41,474 nt of DNA from a virus. Lineage: Duplodnaviria; Caudoviricetes. Where the stretch lies: positions 1 to 41,474 of the IMG/VR virus record IMGVR_UViG_3300028585_000521, one strand, 5' to 3'. The notes under the pieces were generated by a model. That model worked only from the letters and a program-made list of their open reading frames with translations. It was not told the origin of the DNA and searched no databases. The first letter of the stretch is position 1, and every line of letters starts with the position of its first letter. The translations under genes were made by a program, and so were the position numbers. Shown here in pieces: positions 1 to 6,109 of this stretch.

Positions 1-564
1 ATGATCCGCGCACTGGCAGCAACCGCTCTTCTCCTCGCTGCGTGCAGCCGCAGCACAGGCGGTCCGCTGGAACCGGTAGAGGCGCCGGGTATCACAGTGT
101 CCAAGGACGCGGACGGTAACCGCGTGGCCACAATCCAGGCCGGCACCGTGTCGGCCCGGATCACTGCCCGCTGGTCCGACACAGGCGGGCAATCAGTCAT
201 GCTCATCTACGCAAACCGCGGCCCCACTGCCGCCCGCATCAACCTCGCTACGCTGGGAATGACAGGGCCGGCAGGAGAAGCGGTGATCATGTCGGCTGCC
301 GACATATCCGATACCGATCTTTTGGACGCGCGCGCCGACAATGACGATGCCGTCGCTTTGCTTCAGCGGGATGGCAACGGCAACGCTACCGGACAACTGG
401 ACCTAGCACCCGGTGCGGAGCGGCGCGTGGATGCACAACTCAGCCCCTTTTCGAACACGAAAGCCGCCGCGGCCGGAAGCACGATCACTCTTCGCGTACC
501 GATGCCGGGTGGGCCTTCCCGCGTCGAGGTCGTGACGCGTCGACCTTCCCTGCTGCCTTTCTAA
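1..564 (+). CDS. Hypothetical lipoprotein, outside the prophage
   Basis: N-terminal MIRALAATALLLAAC is a signal peptide with a lipobox Cys; 187-aa ORF. Confidence 0.7.
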   Translation: MIRALAATALLLAACSRSTGGPLEPVEAPGITVSKDADGNRVATIQAGTVSARITARWSDTGGQSVMLIYANRGPTAARINLATLGMTGPAGEAVIMSAADISDTDLLDARADNDDAVALLQRDGNGNATGQLDLAPGAERRVDAQLSPFSNTKAAAAGSTITLRVPMPGGPSRVEVVTRRPSLLPF

Positions 565-804
565 AAGGCCCATTCTCGCCCACCAGCATGTTCCGAGCGG
601 CTGGCTCGCAAAGCACGAGGACGTGCGTCGTCGTTCGCCGGGACGCGTCCCGGCGTGGCAGGCCCGATGGTGGTGTTGGTTAGGTAGCTAGGCTGAGGCT
701 TCACCCGGCGGCGAGCGCGCCCGGAACGTGCGGATCATCGCAGCACCAGCGTGGCGAAGCCAGCGGTGTCGTGAACACCGGCGACGTGGTCCGCCCGTTG
801 CCCG

Positions 805-994
805 TCGCAAGCACCTCCAAGATGTGCGCGGCATTTTCGCGACCCGGTTGATGACCACCACCGACCTCGGCAACGAGGAAATCACGAGCATCATGGGCTG
901 GTCCCCCGCAGAGGTCGAGCGGATACGCCGTATCTACGTTGACGACGCCGCCAGAAACGTGGCACTGGGCCGTCGTATCGCACGCGGAGTGTAA
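805..994 (+). pseudogene. C-terminal remnant of a tyrosine recombinase/integrase
   Basis: HLQDVRGIFATRL...IMGWS...RIYV resembles the box II HxxR...(L/M)G(H/W)...Y motif. No N-terminal part or plausible start is seen. The left boundary is approximate. Confidence 0.7.
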
Positions 995-1012
995 ACCGGG
1001 ATTGTAAACCGG
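990..1012 (+). repeat. Tandem direct repeat TGTAAACCGG x2, possible integrase arm-type sites
   Basis: TGTAAACCGG at 990-999 and 1003-1012, between the integrase remnant and the tRNA. The function is inferred. Confidence 0.5.
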
Positions 1013-1052
1013 AGCCCCGCGGGTGGTCAGATCAGCGCTAAGCCGTTGATAT

Positions 1053-1126
1053 GCGGGTGTAGCTCAATGGTAGAGCAGAAGCTTCCCAAGCTTACGACGA
1101 GGGTTCGATTCCCTTCACCCGCTCCA
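1053..1126 (+). tRNA. tRNA-Gly(CCC), prophage integration site (attL)
   Basis: 74 nt GCGGGTG...CACCCGC-T-CCA with D arm GCTC/GAGC, anticodon loop TTCCCAA, T loop GTTCGATTC and encoded CCA. The integrase stop lies 20 nt downstream. Confidence 0.95.
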
Positions 1127-1145
1127 CGCTTTTCCGCCATTATCG

Positions 1146-2363
1146 CTAGTCCGCCTCGACAGGCTCTGCGGTAAAAGTGCGGTGAGGTAATGAGAACGCC
1201 CCTGAAACCAGCCCTTCGATCTCTCCGATAATGGCCGTCGTGGCTGCCAGCGCCAGCCCCAGATTGGCCGGATCGGGGATGGCGTAGATGTCGCTGATAC
1301 TCGCCTTCACGTGGCCCAGCATCATCTCCCCCTGGCGCCAGTTCGCCTCGCCGATGCGCCTGCGGACCAGCGTCGCCATTGATCGCCGAATCAGCTTCGA
1401 TCCCGCCTGCCCCCGTTCGAGCGGCAGGCCGATCGCGTTGCGCATCTTGTCCCATGACGATCGCGGTGCGGCCGGTAGGTATGGACCGGTCAGCCCGTCG
1501 AGGAACGGCGCGAACTGCGGGGGGATCGGGATCGTGCCGCGGTATTTGCGGGTCTGGCGCCGGCCGGGTGTGTTGAGGTTGAGGACCTGTGCCGCTGCGA
1601 ACCACTGCCCCGGCCCCAGATCGTAAATCTCCTCCGGTCGCGCCCAGGTCGCGACGGCCGCTCGCAGATAGGCCAGCAGGCTGCTGCGATCCTTGAGCCG
1701 CCGCGCCTTCTCCTTCTCGGTGCCGTCCCGCTCGAGGCAATAGCGGAACATGGCGGCAATCATGGGCACGTCAGCGCGATACTGGGGCGACGCGGCAACG
1801 TCTTTTGCTTGGATCGGCTTGAACTGCGCCGACTGCCCCGGCGTGTCGTTGATCGCCGCCGCCAACTGGAGGACGCAACCCTCGACGTGGCTGAGGCTGC
1901 GCTGGCGGACCTTCCCCGTCTTCCCGATCGGGATCGGCCGCGCCATGAGCCACGCGCGGAAGCGGTCGACCCATTCGGGCGTAACCTGCGGGCAGGTAAT
2001 TCCCGGATCCGTCGCGGTCAGATAGTCGATGACATGGCCCAGCCGACTGCGGGTCGCCTTGTATCCCGCCTTCTCCTCACTCTTCAGCAGATAGTCGGTG
2101 ATCGCTCGACTCAGCAGTGGCGAGGCGTCGCCTTCGTAGGCCCGCCCGCACGTTGGGCAGTACCGATGGCCAGTCGCCTCATTGTATAGCCGGTCGAGCT
2201 CTAGCCGGGCCTGCCGGTCATCGCTCGTGCCTGCGCTAGCGCTTCGCTCGCGCTTTCGCTCCTCATCGTACCAGACGATTTCGAGGTTGGCCCGATCAGC
2301 ACGACGGTAGAGCCGGAAGTCACCGCGCTGATAGATGGGCTTGCCGCGTCGCGTTGCAGGCAT
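1146..2363 (-). CDS. int: Phage tyrosine integrase
   Basis: Catalytic motifs WARPEE (R), KLIRRS (HxxR variant), MLGH and DIYA (Y). 405 aa, converging on the tRNA 3' end. Confidence 0.88.
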   Translation of the reverse strand: MPATRRGKPIYQRGDFRLYRRADRANLEIVWYDEERKRERSASAGTSDDRQARLELDRLYNEATGHRYCPTCGRAYEGDASPLLSRAITDYLLKSEEKAGYKATRSRLGHVIDYLTATDPGITCPQVTPEWVDRFRAWLMARPIPIGKTGKVRQRSLSHVEGCVLQLAAAINDTPGQSAQFKPIQAKDVAASPQYRADVPMIAAMFRYCLERDGTEKEKARRLKDRSSLLAYLRAAVATWARPEEIYDLGPGQWFAAAQVLNLNTPGRRQTRKYRGTIPIPPQFAPFLDGLTGPYLPAAPRSSWDKMRNAIGLPLERGQAGSKLIRRSMATLVRRRIGEANWRQGEMMLGHVKASISDIYAIPDPANLGLALAATTAIIGEIEGLVSGAFSLPHRTFTAEPVEAD

Positions 2364-2515
2364 CGGTCATGTAGCTCCTTGGTCGCCGCGGTCTGCACCG
2401 CGCCGTACGCGCCCGTCTTCACGAGCAGTTGTAGATCCTCATGGCTGAGGCGAATGGCGCGGCCAGTCTCCACCTTGCGGCTGAGCCGGCGCGCCAGATC
2501 GGCGATTGAGGTCAC
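2201..2515 (-). CDS. Hypothetical protein in the excisionase position
   Basis: GTGA-coupled to the upstream gene; overlaps the int 5' end by 163 nt; basic helical N-terminus. Confidence 0.5.
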   Translation of the reverse strand: MTSIADLARRLSRKVETGRAIRLSHEDLQLLVKTGAYGAVQTAATKELHDRCLQRDAASPSISAVTSGSTVVLIGPTSKSSGTMRSESASEALAQARAMTGRPG

Positions 2516-2781
2516 TCTCGTCCTCCCATCTGCTTGAAGACCGCAGCGGCGAGGACGGCCTGTGCCTCATCCTTCTCACGGTGCCCGCCATCGACGGCAC
2601 CGTTGCGCCACCCATGCCAGTATGCCCGCGACCGGTTGCCGCCTGGCTCGGGTTCGCCCTTGAAGCCATCCCGGAAGCCCTCGTACATCTCGTCGCTATC
2701 GAGCTGATCGAGGTCAGCGATCGTCGTGACTGGCTGGCCGTAGACGGGGTGTTCGATGGCATCCTGCACGGTGGTCGTCAT
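2512..2781 (-). CDS. Small protein with an Rmf-like motif
   Basis: YEGFRDGFKG...YWHGWRNG resembles Rmf GYQAGIAG...WLGGWREA. ATGA-coupled to the upstream gene. Confidence 0.55.
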   Translation of the reverse strand: MTTTVQDAIEHPVYGQPVTTIADLDQLDSDEMYEGFRDGFKGEPEPGGNRSRAYWHGWRNGAVDGGHREKDEAQAVLAAAVFKQMGGRE

Positions 2782-4952
2782 GATCCGTCTCCTAGTTTCA
2801 TTTCGTCGATCTGCGCTGTGGCGGTAGTGTCCTCGATCATGTCGGCGAGCGTTCGGCTGCCATCGTCAAACAGGGTCTCATCGAGGCTTGGGGCCGCGTG
2901 CTTCGCAGCGAAGAAAGCGCGTTGCAGTATCTGGATCGCCGCCCGCTTGAGGTTGGTGACGTCAACGGTGCCGGTACGAACCCCGAAGAACAGGTCGGAC
3001 GTGATCTCGTCACGATCGGCCTTGGACAAGCGCCGGGGAAGCGCGTGCTCAATGAGCTCGAAGAGCTTGGCATCGGTCAGCGCCAGCGCGGTGGCCCGCC
3101 GACGACGCTCATCCTTGCTCAACCCCTGACGCACCCGCGTGATCGCAGCGTTGGAGACCTCAAGTTCCTTGCGGATCCTCTCGTCTGGCTGTCCGCCGAC
3201 TAGCGCCGCCTTGATCCTCGCGACGGTCTTTTCAGATACCGGCGATGCCCGCTCGACCGGCTCATGCGTGGCCCAGCACACGCCGGAATGACCGATCTGC
3301 CGTCCGCATGCACAGGTACGGCCGGCGGCGGCGAGTTCAGCCCGCGCCGCGCGCGTGTGCGGCAGGACCGAGCTAAAGCTCAGGGAATAGAGATCGGCGA
3401 TCTCGCGTGTCGTGCGGCCTTCCAGAATCAGGGCATGCACATGGCGATGCCAGCGCGCGTCAAGGGACCGGGGGTTGTTGGCCGAGCAGCGTCCGGCGTG
3501 CCGTGCGGGTCGTCCGCATTCACAGGACCGGACCTTCAGATCGTTGGAAAGCCAGTAGCGGACATGACGGCGAACGACGCCTATCGAGACGTCCGACCGT
3601 TGGGCGATCTGCGGGATCGACATGCCCGACCGGTACATCCGACGAACCGCAGCGAGCGTGGCCGGAGCCAATCCGCTCTTGAAGGCGATGGGCTTGGGCG
3701 TCGTCGTGGTACCGCGGCACGACTGTTCGTGATTGCGGGGCAAGCCGCAGCGGCATCCCGCCATCGTCTGCCCCACCAATACGAGGCCCGCCACGACGGT
3801 CTGCACGGCAGCTTCGCTGACACCAATTCGCCTGGCGATGTCCGCATCGGACCGACCGCGCCGGGCATGGAAAGCAATCCTGCGGCGCTGATAGGCCGTC
3901 AGGTCGAGGGCCAAGCCGGCATGGCTCGGCTTCTTGCGACGACGGCCCGTGCGAACCGTGCATCCACCAGCGTGATCAACAGGCCTACCACAGCCGCAGC
4001 GGACACCTGCCGCCGCGTCCCTGGCGAGTTTCGGCGCCGCAATGCGAATGATCGTGGTCACCGCGACATTCTCCGCGCGCGCGATCGCGGCGCGGGTCAT
4101 CCCCGCTTCGAGCGATGCAATCACACGGGATTCGAGCCCGACATATCGAACCTTGCCGCCACGGTCTGGATAAGAAGCGCAGCGATGCAGGTGACCGAGC
4201 TCATCACCGCAGGGGCAACGCCGTCCGGCCGCACGCAGCTCGGCGAGGAAGGGCCTGCCGATCGAGTAAGCCATTCCAAGGCTCATACCCAGTTCGCGAG
4301 CAGCCACGGCGGCCAGTTCGCCCGCCGCAATTTTCGCTCGAAGCGCATCGACCTGGGGACCGTGCGCCAGACACTGGCCACTATGGCCAGCGCGCTTGCC
4401 ACATGGACAAGCAGGCTGCGCTGCCGTGAGATAGGCAACGATCTCCGGCGTCAGCCTCTTCTTCACGGCCTCGTTGGAACAGCCGATCGCACGGGCGACC
4501 GACGCGATGCTCTCACCGGTGCGTAGCCGACGGTCGACTTCCAGGCATTCCGTTTCGTTCAGGGGTAGCGGCGGCAGCGTGGCGCGACCCAGCATCTTGA
4601 GCAGGCGCTGCCGAACGCCCGACATCGTCAGGCCCATCGCGTCGGCGATCTGATCCAGATCCTCACCCGCCTCATATCGCTGGGCGATTTCTTCGCGCTG
4701 CTCGGCCCAGACCACGGCCGTCGGTTTGATCGCAAGCGCCTTCTGAATGCGGTTCATGGTCTGCCACAGCGTCGCCTGCGGGATACCGACGGCGCGCGCG
4801 ATCGCATGGCCGGGTTCACCTGCCTTGAGCCGAACAGCGATGTCTCGCACCACCTCGACACGCAGCTTCCCCTTCGACGTCCATATCCGCCGGTCGCGCA
4901 CCGACGATCCGCGCGACGCTGTATCGATGGAAGTGGCCGCTCTCACGCCCAT
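2778..4952 (-). CDS. Large modular protein: about nine HTH-like units, six CxCGx4Hx3C motifs, sigma-3.2-like C-terminus
   Basis: 724-aa ORF; repeated G-x-S/T-x3-IA-x3-G-V-S segments; six identically spaced Cys/His motifs. The start may be GTG at 4946. Confidence 0.8.
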   Translation of the reverse strand: MGVRAATSIDTASRGSSVRDRRIWTSKGKLRVEVVRDIAVRLKAGEPGHAIARAVGIPQATLWQTMNRIQKALAIKPTAVVWAEQREEIAQRYEAGEDLDQIADAMGLTMSGVRQRLLKMLGRATLPPLPLNETECLEVDRRLRTGESIASVARAIGCSNEAVKKRLTPEIVAYLTAAQPACPCGKRAGHSGQCLAHGPQVDALRAKIAAGELAAVAARELGMSLGMAYSIGRPFLAELRAAGRRCPCGDELGHLHRCASYPDRGGKVRYVGLESRVIASLEAGMTRAAIARAENVAVTTIIRIAAPKLARDAAAGVRCGCGRPVDHAGGCTVRTGRRRKKPSHAGLALDLTAYQRRRIAFHARRGRSDADIARRIGVSEAAVQTVVAGLVLVGQTMAGCRCGLPRNHEQSCRGTTTTPKPIAFKSGLAPATLAAVRRMYRSGMSIPQIAQRSDVSIGVVRRHVRYWLSNDLKVRSCECGRPARHAGRCSANNPRSLDARWHRHVHALILEGRTTREIADLYSLSFSSVLPHTRAARAELAAAGRTCACGRQIGHSGVCWATHEPVERASPVSEKTVARIKAALVGGQPDERIRKELEVSNAAITRVRQGLSKDERRRRATALALTDAKLFELIEHALPRRLSKADRDEITSDLFFGVRTGTVDVTNLKRAAIQILQRAFFAAKHAAPSLDETLFDDGSRTLADMIEDTTATAQIDEMKLGDGS

Positions 4953-5002
4953 GCTCCGGAACGGCGGCTGACACGTTGATCACCTTCAACGAGGAGAGCG
5001 AC

Positions 5003-5149
5003 ATGCCCAATACGACCCAGAATGATGCCGATGACGGTGGCGACACGTCGGTTAAGTCCGTGGTGGTCGATGATACGACCGACGACACCACGACCCCCAA
5101 GACCGAAGGCGGTACCGATGAGGACGAAAGCGAAGCTCAGCCGAGCTGA
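5003..5149 (+). CDS. 48-aa highly acidic peptide (not in the ORF track)
   Basis: RBS GAGGAG at 4991-4996. MPNTTQNDADDGGDTSVKSVVVDDTTDDTTTPKTEGGTDEDESEAQPS, 14 of 48 residues D/E. Confidence 0.5.
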   Translation: MPNTTQNDADDGGDTSVKSVVVDDTTDDTTTPKTEGGTDEDESEAQPS

Positions 5150-5155
5150 CGGACC

Positions 5156-5377
5156 ATGGCAGAGATAGTCATCAGCCCGAGCGGCCCTGGCGCGATCGAC
5201 GCCGATCTCATGATCGACGAGGCTGGCGCCCGGTTCGTCGTTCTGACCTTCCGGGAGCCGGATGCTGATCCGGTTCTCGTCACCTTCACGATCCCGCTTT
5301 TTCGGGCCTTTACCGCCCACCTCGGCACCGTCTCCAAGGCGGCGCTGGACGAGGCCAATTGGCAGGTGAGTGAATAG
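5156..5377 (+). CDS. Hypothetical protein, antisense to the early-left operon
   Basis: 73 aa with globular-looking composition; starts 6 nt after the acidic peptide stop. Confidence 0.6.
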   Translation: MAEIVISPSGPGAIDADLMIDEAGARFVVLTFREPDADPVLVTFTIPLFRAFTAHLGTVSKAALDEANWQVSE

Positions 5378-5382
5378 CGTCA

Positions 5383-5559
5383 TCATGCCGGCAGCGCCGC
5401 CCAGACGAGGGCGATGACCAGCCACATGACCGGGGCGGCGGCGAACGTGACGATCCCGCCGCCGATGGTCAGGTCGGTCCCGAGGATCGAGCGATCCAGC
5501 AGCTCTCTGTTCCGCCTGTCCGGAACAGAGGGCGTAGCGGCAGTGGTCGCGGCCATCAT
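5383..5559 (-). CDS. 58-aa putative membrane peptide (not in the ORF track)
   Basis: MMAATTAATPSVPDRRNRELLDRSILGTDLTIGGGIVTFAAAPVMWLVIALVWAALPA; ATGA overlaps at both ends; hydrophobic C-terminus. Confidence 0.6.
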   Translation of the reverse strand: MMAATTAATPSVPDRRNRELLDRSILGTDLTIGGGIVTFAAAPVMWLVIALVWAALPA

Positions 5560-5861
5560 CCCGCGGCCTTCCGAAATGGAATGACCGTGGCGGCGACTTG
5601 GACGCCATCCCCCAAGCGTTCGCCATCATCCGGTCCGCCACGATCCTCATCGCACCATTCGCCACAGGCGCGGCTTGCGTGCGTTTCGGGAAAGCGCGTC
5701 ATCGTCAGGCCGGCTAGGCCAACTACGACTGGCGGCGAGAAGGTGCAGATGCCGATCTCCGGATCGGCACCGCGGGGACGACGGGTCGCCGTGCCCAGCG
5801 CCGGCTCCGTGTTGGACCACCAAGTGCAGGTGGCACAGGTGCGGGTGCAGCCGTTCAGCAC
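5556..5861 (-). CDS. Cys4 small phage protein (paralog B)
   Basis: CATCTWW...GICTFSPP...FPETH...CGEW. Confidence 0.7.
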   Translation of the reverse strand: MLNGCTRTCATCTWWSNTEPALGTATRRPRGADPEIGICTFSPPVVVGLAGLTMTRFPETHASRACGEWCDEDRGGPDDGERLGDGVQVAATVIPFRKAAG

Positions 5862-6109
5862 AGCGGCACCTCATTGCGAGTGCCATACTCACCGCACCAG
5901 CTGGTCTCGTGCGTGACCGGGAAGGCGCTGGCGACGTAGACGTCGAGCTCCATCTCGTCGGACAGTTCGATGCCCGCACCCGGCATGCGCCGAGCCATGA
6001 GCGTCTCGCTGATGAGCGGCGGCCGGCGGCGGCAGTCACCCATCTTCGTGCTGAGGCTATGCGGACCGCCCTCGTACCGGTCCCAGAACAGGCAGGAGGC
6101 GCAGGTCAC
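5855..6109 (-). CDS. Cys4 small phage protein (paralog A)
   Basis: CASCLFW...GDCRRRPP...FPVTH...CGEY; GTGA-coupled to the upstream gene. Confidence 0.7.
   Translation of the reverse strand: MTCASCLFWDRYEGGPHSLSTKMGDCRRRPPLISETLMARRMPGAGIELSDEMELDVYVASAFPVTHETSWCGEYGTRNEVPLC

Noticed and set aside
1027-1740. 237-aa minus-strand ORF
   Set aside because: It is an alternate frame of int that runs through the tRNA antisense (GAGEGNRTLVVSLG is a typical tRNA shadow).
3264-4526. 420-aa plus-strand ORF
   Set aside because: Antisense shadow of the HTH/Zn gene with low-information composition and no RBS.
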